From: an uncultured virus (IMG/VR IMGVR_UViG_3300030451_004121)
Taxonomy: Duplodnaviria > Heunggongvirae > Uroviricota > Caudoviricetes > Crassvirales
DNA: 64,000 nt
Virus record (IMG/VR): IMGVR_UViG_3300030451_004121
Coordinates: 1-64,000 of that record
Reading direction: 5' to 3' (one strand)
Position numbers and translations under genes: made by a program. The notes below the pieces were generated by a model. The model did not search any database, had not been told where the DNA came from, and was given only the letters and a program-made list of their open reading frames with translations. Positions 8,104 through 16,695 of the stretch are shown piece by piece (position 1 is the first letter of the stretch; each line of letters begins with the position of its first letter).

Positions 8104-8137
8104 TATATTATCTAAATAGTACCGTATTAAGTTTGTA
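8104..8137 (-). promoter_or_regulatory. Early promoter-like motif (copy 5)
   Basis: TACAAA-CTT-AATACG-N10-GATAATATA. Confidence 0.85.
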
Positions 8138-8289
8138 GAATTAGTGTGGTAGATAGTAGAAACGAGAATAAAGTAGTAGAAAGTAGAGAGTTGAGGTGGG
8201 GCCCAGAAGAGAAGTGGTTTTCCCAGGGGGAGTGGGGTAGTATAGGAGAGGAGCAATACTCCACCCCAATATTTATAACAACTTTTTTT

Positions 8290-8336
8290 TGTGACATAAG
8301 CCTATTAAGAATAATTAGTAACAGGCAAGTGTCACA
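8290..8336. promoter_or_regulatory. Inverted-repeat operator-like site 2
   Basis: TGTGACATAAGCCT ... AGGCAAGTGTCACA with 33-bp spacer; matches the site at 417-462. Confidence 0.7.
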
Positions 8337-8343
8337 CTTTATG

Positions 8344-8370
8344 TAAATAATTATTTTACCATGTAATTAT
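8344..8370 (+). promoter_or_regulatory. Late promoter-like motif TAAATAA-N12-GTAAT (copy 1)
   Basis: Same motif and spacing at 37874 and 51801, each just upstream of a plus-strand gene group. Confidence 0.6.
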
Positions 8371-8402
8371 TAGTAATAACTAATAACACTAAATAAAGAA
8401 TT

Positions 8403-8768
8403 ATGAGTTACACGCCGTTTAAAATGAAAGGACCTTCTTTGCTAAAGATGGTAAAGAAAGGTAAAAGAGCCTATGAGAAATTTGCTGATCAAATGCCTGG
8501 CCGTAGCGAATTAGAATTAAAAGCACTTGGTCCAGAAAAAGCGACTGAACTTGCCGAAAAAAGATACCGTGATTATAAAGCAAAAGAAAAAGCTAAAAAA
8601 GATTCTTCACTAAAGATGTCAAGCGAAAAAAAGAAGAAGAAAGGATTAGCTGATGACGGTAAAAACCAAAGAATACTAAAAGAAATGGAAAAACTGATAC
8701 CGGGAAAATACGGTATACGCACTACCATTACCCGAGGAAAACCGGTAGAAGGAAAAAAAGGACCTTAA
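8403..8768 (+). CDS. Lys-rich protein with FKMK leader (putative internal virion protein)
   Basis: MSYTPFKMKGPSLLK; first gene of the plus-strand block. Confidence 0.75.
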   Translation: MSYTPFKMKGPSLLKMVKKGKRAYEKFADQMPGRSELELKALGPEKATELAEKRYRDYKAKEKAKKDSSLKMSSEKKKKKGLADDGKNQRILKEMEKLIPGKYGIRTTITRGKPVEGKKGP

Positions 8769-8769
8769 A

Positions 8770-9006
8770 ATGAGCAAACAAAGATTATCAGCTGCTGCAG
8801 CAAAAGCAAAAGCTGTTAGAGATTTAGCATACGCTAATTCACCTGCTAGAGAAAAGAAACGTGCGGAAAACCAAAGAGAACGTAGAGCTGCTATAAAAGC
8901 TGGTGTTAATATAAAAGGTAAAGATTACGACCATAAAGACGGTAAATTTAAATCAGTACATGCTAACCGTGGTAACGACGGTGAAGGTACTAAAAAAGAA
9001 GGATAA
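8770..9006 (+). CDS. Small basic HNH-like protein
   Basis: DYDHKDG...SVHANRG resembles a minimal HNH motif. Confidence 0.5.
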   Translation: MSKQRLSAAAAKAKAVRDLAYANSPAREKKRAENQRERRAAIKAGVNIKGKDYDHKDGKFKSVHANRGNDGEGTKKEG

Positions 9007-9008
9007 CT

Positions 9009-9458
9009 ATGGGATACAAAATGAAATATACAAATGGTAGAAAAGCAGATCCTTCTGCATTCCCATTTAAAGTAGAATCTGAAAACGCTGTATCAGATTC
9101 TCCTAACAAATTTGCTAATATAGTAGGAGAAGCCGAAAGAATACCTGGTCTTGGAGCCTTACCTGGTTTTGCTAGAGGTTACAAAGAAGGTGGATTAGGT
9201 GGAGCTGTCGTTGGTTCAGTTTCGGGAGCTTTAGGTTTAACAAAAGGTGATAGTAGAGAAACTTTAGCTAAAGAAAAGCGATATGAAGATGAAATAGCAG
9301 CGGCTGGACTAGATAAAAACTTTTGGGGCAAAATAGGTTTTGGAGGCGGAAACAAAAAAGCTAGAGCAGCTTTAATAAGAGATTTAGAAGAACAAGACCA
9401 AGCAGGGTTAGATAGAGAAAGAATAATGTCTAGAGGCGGTGTAACTGCTGGCGCATAA
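9009..9458 (+). CDS. Protein with YKMK leader and SPNK motif, Gly-rich
   Basis: MGYKMKY...DSPNKF. Confidence 0.75.
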   Translation: MGYKMKYTNGRKADPSAFPFKVESENAVSDSPNKFANIVGEAERIPGLGALPGFARGYKEGGLGGAVVGSVSGALGLTKGDSRETLAKEKRYEDEIAAAGLDKNFWGKIGFGGGNKKARAALIRDLEEQDQAGLDRERIMSRGGVTAGA

Positions 9459-9470
9459 AACAATAAAAAC

Positions 9471-9890
9471 ATGAATAAAAAAGGATTTCAACTAAGATCA
9501 GGCAATAGACCATCTTTTTACAAGATGAGTGGGGCTTCGCCTTTCAAAGAAGATGATAATAACAATAATAATGACACTGGTAACGCTGGTAACGATGCTG
9601 ATAATGCTAGCGATAACGGCGAAGAAGAGAAAAAAGACACTCCAGATCCAGATAAACCACTAGCAAAAGTAGGAAAAGTGCTTTTTAACTCAATAGCTGG
9701 TGGTTTGAACGCTATACAAAAGAATAAAATTAAGAAATTAAAGATTAATTTTGGCCATAACGAAGCAAAAAGGAAAAAAGAAGCCGAAGCTGAAGATCCT
9801 GGCACTAGGCATTTTGGCAGTATGATGGATGGTACTGGTGCTTTTAAGCAATTTAGCAACGTTTCTAAAGAAGAAAACAAAAATGATTGA
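9471..9890 (+). CDS. Protein with leader ending SPFK
   Basis: MNKKGFQLRSGNRPSFYKMSGASPFKE. Confidence 0.75.
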   Translation: MNKKGFQLRSGNRPSFYKMSGASPFKEDDNNNNNDTGNAGNDADNASDNGEEEKKDTPDPDKPLAKVGKVLFNSIAGGLNAIQKNKIKKLKINFGHNEAKRKKEAEAEDPGTRHFGSMMDGTGAFKQFSNVSKEENKND

Positions 9891-10599
9891 TAAAAACACC
9901 ATAATAAACGCTGTTTCTCCTTTAAAAAGAAAAAAATCTTACAGAGGAGGTACAAAAGTAAAAAAAGCGGCAACTGCTACATCTAAAAGACGTGGTGGAT
10001 TTGCTAAAAGTACAGCTACTAGCAATAAAGCTGGTTATAACGTGCAAACTAGGTTTAAAGCCATGAGAGGTAAGGCTCCTGCTTCTGGCAGTCCTGAATC
10101 ACCGGCAGCCCCAGCACCACAAAAACCTTATTCTTTTGATAAAGATGGGAATGTTGTAGTTAATAACTATATAGACGTAGCTGGTGGAACAAATGAAAAT
10201 ATAAATAAAAACATAAATATAAACGAAAATATAAACACCAATAATAATCCTGACAACAATACAAAAACTAGTGACAAATACAAGTCTGGAGAAGAATATA
10301 GAACAGTTGGTGGAAAAACTAGAGAAAGCTACGAGCAAGTTTGGGAAAGAAAAAAAGATAAATACATGACCAAGGGTCAAAAAAGTAGAATGGGAACTGA
10401 TAAAAACGCATATAATGTATTTGCAAATATAGATGAGTATATAGATTATATGGAAAGAGTAAAAGAATACAGAAAAACTAAAGAGGGTAAAGAGTGGACT
10501 GAAAAGAATATAAAATCTAGTAAAGAAAGAAAACAAAAAAGAACTTGGGAGCAAAAAAATGATGAGCCCAAAGTTTACACCCCTTGGGAAGACATATAA
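9883..10599 (+). CDS. Basic protein with SPLK motif (likely start 9883, not 9829)
   Basis: MIDKNTIINAVSPLKRKK; ATG preceded by an A run and overlapping the upstream stop. Confidence 0.75.
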   Translation: MIDKNTIINAVSPLKRKKSYRGGTKVKKAATATSKRRGGFAKSTATSNKAGYNVQTRFKAMRGKAPASGSPESPAAPAPQKPYSFDKDGNVVVNNYIDVAGGTNENINKNININENINTNNNPDNNTKTSDKYKSGEEYRTVGGKTRESYEQVWERKKDKYMTKGQKSRMGTDKNAYNVFANIDEYIDYMERVKEYRKTKEGKEWTEKNIKSSKERKQKRTWEQKNDEPKVYTPWEDI

Positions 10600-10632
10600 A
10601 CAATTAATTAATTAAACATAAAAATAGAAACA

Positions 10633-11703
10633 ATGGGATTTAAATTACCAGGAAAATCAATAATAAGCGGAACTAGTGCACATAGTTCGGCTTTAAAAAT
10701 GAAAGCAGAAGCTGATGCTGCTGCTAAAATGAAAAGAGAAGCTGCTGCTAAGATGAAAAGAGAGGCTGCTGCTAAAATGAAAAAAGATTCACCAATGGAT
10801 AAAGCGTTGGTAGGAAAACAACATAATTTACCAGAGCATTTAAAAGCTAAAATCGAAGCTGCTCCAGGAAAAATGAAGCCTTCTCCAGCAAAAGAGAAAA
10901 AAGCTTACGGTGGAGATGGAAGAACTTGGTCTGAAGCTGACAAAGACTCTAAAGGAAACTTAAATAAAATCACTAACGAACAAAAAGCTTACGAAAAGAA
11001 AAAGAAAGGTGAAAATCCTGATTGGAACAAAAGAGAGGATAACACTTGGAAAAAGAGACAAAACAAAATTAACGCAGCTGTAGGTTCTAAAAAAGTTTAT
11101 GATGTTGTAGACGAAAAGAAAACTACAACTAGAAAAAGTGATGGCGAAACAGTTGTTAAAGGATTAGGTGCTCAAAAAGGAAAAACCTTAACAACTACAG
11201 AAAAAAGCGCTGAAAAAGCTAGAATAGATAATCAAAAAGACATTGTTAAAGGCGCTAAAGCGGATATAAAAGAAGCTAGGAAAGATAAAAATAAAAGCGG
11301 TGTTATTGAAGCTAAAGACACAAGAGACGAAGCTCAACTAAAAATAGCAGAAGAAAGAAGTGGAAAAAACAATGCTAAAACTGGAACTGTAGTATCTAGA
11401 CTTGTAGGTAAGGCAAGAGCAGCGTACAACAGGGCGCAATTAAATAGAAGAGCAAAAAGAAACCCTAAAGAAGAAAGTTCTCCTGTTACAATGAAGCCGG
11501 GTAGATCACGTAGTAAATCTGATAAAGAGCAATTTACTAAAGCTGATGGAAAAGCGACTAGAAACATAGGAAAAAAGCTAATGGAAAAGAAACTGAATAG
11601 AAAAATTAACCCTGACACTAGACGTGATGGCAAAATTGATAGAGTTGGCGTAAAAGCTGATAGAGCAAGAGGAAGAGCTGACAGACGAGGATCTAAAACC
11701 TAA
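10633..11703 (+). CDS. Lys/Arg-rich protein with FKL leader, AAAKMK repeats and SP motifs
   Basis: MGFKLPG...(AAAKMKRE)x3...SPMDK...SPAKEK...SPVTMK. Confidence 0.85.
   Translation: MGFKLPGKSIISGTSAHSSALKMKAEADAAAKMKREAAAKMKREAAAKMKKDSPMDKALVGKQHNLPEHLKAKIEAAPGKMKPSPAKEKKAYGGDGRTWSEADKDSKGNLNKITNEQKAYEKKKKGENPDWNKREDNTWKKRQNKINAAVGSKKVYDVVDEKKTTTRKSDGETVVKGLGAQKGKTLTTTEKSAEKARIDNQKDIVKGAKADIKEARKDKNKSGVIEAKDTRDEAQLKIAEERSGKNNAKTGTVVSRLVGKARAAYNRAQLNRRAKRNPKEESSPVTMKPGRSRSKSDKEQFTKADGKATRNIGKKLMEKKLNRKINPDTRRDGKIDRVGVKADRARGRADRRGSKT
10717..10788 (+). repeat. 24-bp tandem repeat x3 (GCTGCTGCTAARATGAAAARAGAN)
   Basis: Three near-identical in-frame units encoding AAAKMK(R/K)(E/D). Confidence 0.9.
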
Positions 11704-11740
11704 ACAAATTAATATTAACCAATACATAAAACCAAAAACT

Positions 11741-12028
11741 ATGACTTATTTGTATTACAAAAGTTCGTATACCACGAACACAAAACCGAATGAAAAAACT
11801 ATTAACCAATGGAAACACCTTGCAGAAAAGAAAAACTGGAGGATTACCCAATTACCTAATGGATTTTATCAAACAGAGTGCTCAAACCCTGATAAAGATG
11901 ATTGGCACGCTGTTACTAGAAGAGAAACGATTGAAGGTGCTGAAACAGCAATTGACGGTAGCATCGATCATTTTTCTAAAAAATTAGAGTCTGTTAAAGG
12001 CCCTAAAGTAATTAAAACTTTTAAATAA
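11741..12028 (+). CDS. Conserved phage hypothetical protein (WRITQLPNGFYQTE)
   Basis: ORF track; A-rich upstream region. Confidence 0.8.
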   Translation: MTYLYYKSSYTTNTKPNEKTINQWKHLAEKKNWRITQLPNGFYQTECSNPDKDDWHAVTRRETIEGAETAIDGSIDHFSKKLESVKGPKVIKTFK

Positions 12029-12034
12029 TAAACT

Positions 12035-12229
12035 ATGGCCTTTAAAATGAAAGGATGGTCTCCTTTTAAAAGCACTGATGAAGAAAAAAAGAAAAAAGAT
12101 CAAGAATTAATAAAACGGGGCTTTAAAAAAGGAAAAGATGGTTATTGGAGAAACAAAGAGGGATTAACACCAAACCAAGTTAAACACGGTTATAAAAAAC
12201 CTCAACGTGCTAATAAACCTAAAAACTAG
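12035..12229 (+). CDS. Small basic protein with MAFKMKGWSPFK leader
   Basis: Leader nearly identical to that of 57929..58246. Confidence 0.8.
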   Translation: MAFKMKGWSPFKSTDEEKKKKDQELIKRGFKKGKDGYWRNKEGLTPNQVKHGYKKPQRANKPKN

Positions 12230-12254
12230 TAGTAAATAAATTAAATTAAATTAA

Positions 12255-13811
12255 ATGGAATATAATCTACCTAGTGAGATTGTCAAAGATTTAAACTTTG
12301 GCGATCAAGCTAAAGCTAAAATTATTAAAGGCGTAGATAAATTAGCACAAGCTGTTAAATCTACGCTTGGAGCCTCAGGACAATGCGTTATATATGAAGA
12401 CGCACGAGGCAACCCGGTCATAACAAAAGACGGAGTAACAGTTGCAGAATCTGTTGTCTTATTCGACCCGGTTGAAAATATGGGAGCTACCTTGATAAAG
12501 GAAGCTGCTAGAAATACAGTGAAAGAAGCAGGTGACGGTACTACAACAGCTACCGTTCTTGCTGAAGCACTAATAAAAGAAGTTGGTCGTGAAAAAAACG
12601 CAACTATTAGAGAGATTAAAGAAGGTATAAACTCTGGGTCAAAGAAAGTAAACGATTATCTTGATAGTATTAAAATTGAGGTAAAAGATGATATGTTAAA
12701 TAATGTTGCTGCAATTAGCTGTAATAACGACATAGCTCTTGGCAAGATAATATCTGAGGCTTATGAGAAAGTAGGTAAAGATGGAGTAGTGTTAATGGAA
12801 GGATCTGAAACAGAAAATACATACGTCGAAGTTGTAGACGGTGTACAAATAGACTGTGGTCTTACTTCTCCACATTTTGTAACTGATACAGACAAACAAA
12901 GATCTGTATTAGAAAACCCCTTAGTACTTATAGTTGAATCAGAGATACCTAATATTAGAAAAATACAAAACGTGTTAGAGTTTGTTATTAAAAATAACAA
13001 ATCCTTACTTATAGTAGCGCCAGTATCACAACAGGTAAAAAGCGCGTTACTTATGAATAAAGTAAAAGGTAATATTAAAGTAAATATTATTGATTTACCA
13101 GGCTTTGGCCCTACTAAAAGAGACACTGTTAAAGATTTAGCATTACTAACTGGCGCTGAGGTTATAAATGAAGAGCTTGGAGATGATTTAGACGGTATAT
13201 CTTTAAATGTGTTAGGAGAGGTTGAAAAAACAGTTACAGATGATAAAAGCACTGTATTTACAATTCTTGATACTATAGATGTGTCTGAAAGAATAAAAGA
13301 AGTAACAAAGCTTAAAGATAAAGAAAAAGATGGCTTCTTAAAAAGATTTTTGGAAAAAAGAATAACTATGTTATCTGGATCTGTTGCGGTGGTTAAAGTA
13401 GGCGCAGATTCTAAAGTAGAATTAAAAGAAAAGAAAGATAGAGTTGAAGACGCAATATACGCTACAAAAGCGGCTCTAAAAGAAGGTATTGTACCTGGCG
13501 GTGGTGTAGCGCTATTAAACGCATCAGAAAGAGTGTGTTGTGATAATATAGGTGAAGCTATATTATTAAATGCTATTAAAGCTCCCTACCAAACTATATT
13601 ATCAAACGCTGGTATAGAGCAGACTGAAGAGTTAGCAGGTGGCAACGGTATAAACGTTGTTACTGGTGAAGAGGTAGATATGGTAGAGGCTGGAGTTATA
13701 GATCCTGTACTTGTTACTAAAACAGCACTTAAAAATGCGATTTCTGTTGTGACTACTATTATATCTGCAAATTGTGTAATATCTAATATAAGAGTAAATG
13801 AAGGCAGTTAA
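12255..13811 (+). CDS. groEL: Chaperonin GroEL (phage-encoded)
   Basis: ITKDGVTVA, AGDGTTTATVLA, DRVEDA, EGIVPGGG, GVIDP motifs; lacks the GGM tail. Confidence 0.97.
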   Translation: MEYNLPSEIVKDLNFGDQAKAKIIKGVDKLAQAVKSTLGASGQCVIYEDARGNPVITKDGVTVAESVVLFDPVENMGATLIKEAARNTVKEAGDGTTTATVLAEALIKEVGREKNATIREIKEGINSGSKKVNDYLDSIKIEVKDDMLNNVAAISCNNDIALGKIISEAYEKVGKDGVVLMEGSETENTYVEVVDGVQIDCGLTSPHFVTDTDKQRSVLENPLVLIVESEIPNIRKIQNVLEFVIKNNKSLLIVAPVSQQVKSALLMNKVKGNIKVNIIDLPGFGPTKRDTVKDLALLTGAEVINEELGDDLDGISLNVLGEVEKTVTDDKSTVFTILDTIDVSERIKEVTKLKDKEKDGFLKRFLEKRITMLSGSVAVVKVGADSKVELKEKKDRVEDAIYATKAALKEGIVPGGGVALLNASERVCCDNIGEAILLNAIKAPYQTILSNAGIEQTEELAGGNGINVVTGEEVDMVEAGVIDPVLVTKTALKNAISVVTTIISANCVISNIRVNEGS

Positions 13812-14055
13812 TCATTACATAATTATAGAGCAGATAAAAGAAGGTCCTAAAAAAGTAGGTGGACTAATATTAACTGATGAAGTTAATGAAGACAATAGGT
13901 ATTTAAAAGCAAAAGTTATATCTGTTGGTAATCTTGTAGAAGGAATAAACGAAAACGATGTTGTTTATTACGATAAGCACGCAGGCCACGGTATACAGCA
14001 TAAAAATAAATTTTACGGCGTTATAAAACAAATGGACGTCGTACTCATAGATTAG
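13798..14055 (+). CDS. groES: Co-chaperonin GroES
   Basis: KKVGGLIL mobile loop, AKVISVG, DVVYY; overlaps the end of groEL. Confidence 0.85.
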   Translation: MKAVNHYIIIEQIKEGPKKVGGLILTDEVNEDNRYLKAKVISVGNLVEGINENDVVYYDKHAGHGIQHKNKFYGVIKQMDVVLID

Positions 14056-14132
14056 ACCTAAACTACAAACCAAAATCCAAAAACTTAAAAACGTAAAATT
14101 AACCTAATTATTAACTAAAACAAAAAAAAACA

Positions 14133-14459
14133 ATGGAAAGATTTTTGTATTTTGCAGTCGCTGCTAATGATGCTACTGCATACCCAGTGTCAGCTCTTAG
14201 AGGTATAGATACGGCTAACGGTGCTATTCACCTGTACTTTACACCTCAAAGAATTACTGATGTTGCTGCTACTGACTCTACTGATAGAGTTCAGTTAACT
14301 TGTGGTACTGACGAAAAAGCAGCTGTAAAAGCTGTGATCGAAGCTGCTATGGCGACTGGTTCTATGAAAGAGCCTATGGTCACTATCGCTGATAGCGAGA
14401 ATAGTATCTTCATAGGTGGTGGTATCACTGCTTGCGCTGGTATTACTTACGCTACGTAG
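14133..14459 (+). CDS. Small Ala/Thr-rich protein, possibly structural
   Basis: ORF track; GCT/ACT-rich codons as in the capsid gene; long A-rich leader. Confidence 0.7.
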   Translation: MERFLYFAVAANDATAYPVSALRGIDTANGAIHLYFTPQRITDVAATDSTDRVQLTCGTDEKAAVKAVIEAAMATGSMKEPMVTIADSENSIFIGGGITACAGITYAT

Positions 14460-14462
14460 TAG

Positions 14463-14903
14463 ATGCGACTAACCGCGCAAGATTTGCGTGAAATGAATAT
14501 CCTTAAGTATTACAGGCTCACAAGAAAGTGGGCTTGTAAGACTTACGGGTTAACAGATGCAGATTTAGAATTATTAATTTACTTAGATTGTAAAAAAAGA
14601 TTTACACGAAACGAATTTATAGATGGTACTTACACCATGAGCTGGGATAAAAACCGGTGGGAAAAACTAAGAAGAGATGGCTGGATAGAAGTGTGGAGAC
14701 AAAGAAACAGAACTACAATAAAATACTCTATATTTAAAACTTCATTTAAATGTAGCCAACTAATAAGTAGAATATACAGAATACTACTTGGTGAAGAAGA
14801 TTTACCTGTTTCAGAGCGAAGTGTATTTTTTAATAACAAATCATATACAGATAAAGTTTATAATAAAGCTATAGATGATATGATAAAAGATAAGGATAGA
14901 TGA
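14463..14903 (+). CDS. Putative winged-helix DNA-binding protein
   Basis: YGLTDADLELLIYL...EKLRRDGWIEV resembles MarR-type wHTH. Confidence 0.5.
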   Translation: MRLTAQDLREMNILKYYRLTRKWACKTYGLTDADLELLIYLDCKKRFTRNEFIDGTYTMSWDKNRWEKLRRDGWIEVWRQRNRTTIKYSIFKTSFKCSQLISRIYRILLGEEDLPVSERSVFFNNKSYTDKVYNKAIDDMIKDKDR

Positions 14904-14914
14904 TAATAAAAAAT

Positions 14915-15211
14915 ATGGCTTATTGGAAAGCTAAAAACTCTCCTGCAAAGAAAAAAAAAGATCCATACACTAAAAAAGATTACGATTTTTTAAAAAATCA
15001 AAGAGAAGAAAGAGTTCACGTAACAGACTACTTAACCAAAGATAAATCACGTGGACCGTGGGAAAAAGAAAATAAACTAACTAAAAAGCAAAGACAAGAA
15101 AGAGAGCGTGCTATCGAAGTAGATCATAATGTAGGGGCTAAAATGGATGGCGCTAGAGATTTTTTAAGATTAGAGTCTGTAAAAAGAGGTAAAATAAAAA
15201 CATCAAAATAA
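14915..15211 (+). CDS. Basic protein with MAYWKAKNSPAK leader (likely start 14915)
   Basis: ATG at 14915 in an AAAAATATG context; SPAK motif. Confidence 0.7.
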   Translation: MAYWKAKNSPAKKKKDPYTKKDYDFLKNQREERVHVTDYLTKDKSRGPWEKENKLTKKQRQERERAIEVDHNVGAKMDGARDFLRLESVKRGKIKTSK

Positions 15212-15215
15212 TAAT

Positions 15216-15608
15216 ATGGCATTTAAACTAGGATCATCACGTGGACCGATACTTAATAAAGGACAAGTTAACTCCAAACTTTCTTTTAAACAAGATGATT
15301 CATCTATACCTGGAACGCCAGTATTACGTAAAAATTTAGAAGGAGGTATAATGGGCGAGGCTAACAACGATGGATCTATATTTATAAGTGATAAATTAGT
15401 TCCAGGAAGTATGGAAGAGCAACACGTCCTTATGCACGAGATGGTACACCAAACAGATATGAAGATAGGTAAGCTTGCTTATGACGATAATTATATAAAA
15501 TGGAACGGTAGAGTTTACGAAAGAAAAAACGGAATGATTAACTACAATGGCGAGATGTTACCAGAAGGAAGCAAAGAGTTTCCTTGGGAGCAGATGCCTT
15601 GGGAATAA
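15216..15608 (+). CDS. Zincin-like metallopeptidase (HExxH) with MAFKL leader
   Basis: GEANNDGSIFI...VLMHEMVH; downstream PWE glutamate. Confidence 0.75.
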   Translation: MAFKLGSSRGPILNKGQVNSKLSFKQDDSSIPGTPVLRKNLEGGIMGEANNDGSIFISDKLVPGSMEEQHVLMHEMVHQTDMKIGKLAYDDNYIKWNGRVYERKNGMINYNGEMLPEGSKEFPWEQMPWE

Positions 15609-15617
15609 AAAAATAAT

Positions 15618-15923
15618 ATGGCATTTAAAATGAACGGATGGAGTGGTTATCAAAACTCTCCATTTAAAAAAGATGAAACACCAGGGTCACAAAACCCTAA
15701 TTTTCCAGATGTAATGTATACTAAAGATGGTAAAGCAGTTAAAAGTACTAATATCGACGAAGGACAGTTAGATTTAAAACCAAGTATAGGGCCAAAAGGA
15801 AAATTTGTAAACTATGATAAAGGTGATGGTACAAAAATAAAATACTACTACAAAAACCCTGTAAAAGCACCAGATCAAAGCAAATTTAGTGATTTAGAAA
15901 AATATGATGACGATAAAAATTAG
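15618..15923 (+). CDS. Protein with MAFKMNGW...SPFK leader
   Basis: Leader motif; ORF track. Confidence 0.8.
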   Translation: MAFKMNGWSGYQNSPFKKDETPGSQNPNFPDVMYTKDGKAVKSTNIDEGQLDLKPSIGPKGKFVNYDKGDGTKIKYYYKNPVKAPDQSKFSDLEKYDDDKN

Positions 15924-15932
15924 TATATAGCT

Positions 15933-16325
15933 ATGAGTATATTAGGTAAAATATTTTCAGGTGGAGCTACTGAATTAATAAAAGGTGTAGGTGGCGTTAT
16001 AGATAAATTACATACATCTAAAGAAGAAAAGCTTGAAGCAGAGAAACAAATAAAAGATATGATAATGGGTTACGAAGCTGAGATGCAAAAGCAAGTAACT
16101 GAAAGATGGAAGGTTGATATGGCCTCTGATTCTTGGTTATCAAAAAATATAAGACCATTAGTTTTAATATTCTTATGTGTATCAACAGTATTGTTAATAT
16201 TTATCGATGCTGGCGTTATATCATTTGAAGTTAAAGCTTCATGGGTAGACTTATTACAATTAGTATTAATAACAGTGATTGGTGCTTACTTCGGTGGTAG
16301 ATCACTAGAAAAAGTAAAAAAATAA
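15933..16325 (+). CDS. Holin, GTA 3TM-holin-like
   Basis: DSWLSKNIRP followed by two TM helices and AYFGGRSLEK. Confidence 0.75.
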   Translation: MSILGKIFSGGATELIKGVGGVIDKLHTSKEEKLEAEKQIKDMIMGYEAEMQKQVTERWKVDMASDSWLSKNIRPLVLIFLCVSTVLLIFIDAGVISFEVKASWVDLLQLVLITVIGAYFGGRSLEKVKK

Positions 16326-16326
16326 A

Positions 16327-16695
16327 ATGGGAATAAATTCAACAGAAGTAAGTTATGGCTTTGGCCAAATGGGGTCTGTGTTTAACAACACTGTATCTGC
16401 TATCACACCTCCAACAGGAAAAGTATTTGTAGCAATTACGTTTTTGACTGATACCACACTAAACACAACAGCGGGATTAGTAGCTGATAACGATGCTGGT
16501 AATGGCTTAGAATATGCTGGTACTGGAACAGCGGCTCACAATTTAACAGTTGGTTCTGAAACAGGAGTTTCTGGTGGTGGTGGTAAAGCTATTGTTACAG
16601 CAACTACATTTCCTAAAGGAGTCACAATATACGGTAGATGGACTAAAGTAACAACAGTTTCAAGTGGTCAATATATAGCTTACATAGGGGACTAA
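16327..16695 (+). CDS. Putative virion structural protein
   Basis: Gly/Thr-rich; FPKGVTIYGRW...IAYIG terminus. Confidence 0.65.
   Translation: MGINSTEVSYGFGQMGSVFNNTVSAITPPTGKVFVAITFLTDTTLNTTAGLVADNDAGNGLEYAGTGTAAHNLTVGSETGVSGGGGKAIVTATTFPKGVTIYGRWTKVTTVSSGQYIAYIGD

Noticed and set aside
5836..8137. Repeated 34-bp motif as a CRISPR array
   Set aside because: Copies are separated by whole genes (about 260-1240 bp), have variable internal positions, and no cas genes are present
8195..8240. G-quadruplex in the divergence region
   Set aside because: Only three runs of three or more G, and one is paired in a hairpin
8074..8346. ORF-track calls 8074..8256 (-) and 8146..8346 (+)
   Set aside because: They overlap promoter/operator elements, use non-ATG starts and have atypical composition; the region is better explained as non-coding
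10598..10616. 19-nt repeat AAACAATTAATTAATTAAA, also at 58758-58776
   Set aside because: Low-complexity AT-rich leader typical of SD-less translation initiation regions; not distinguishable from background by eye
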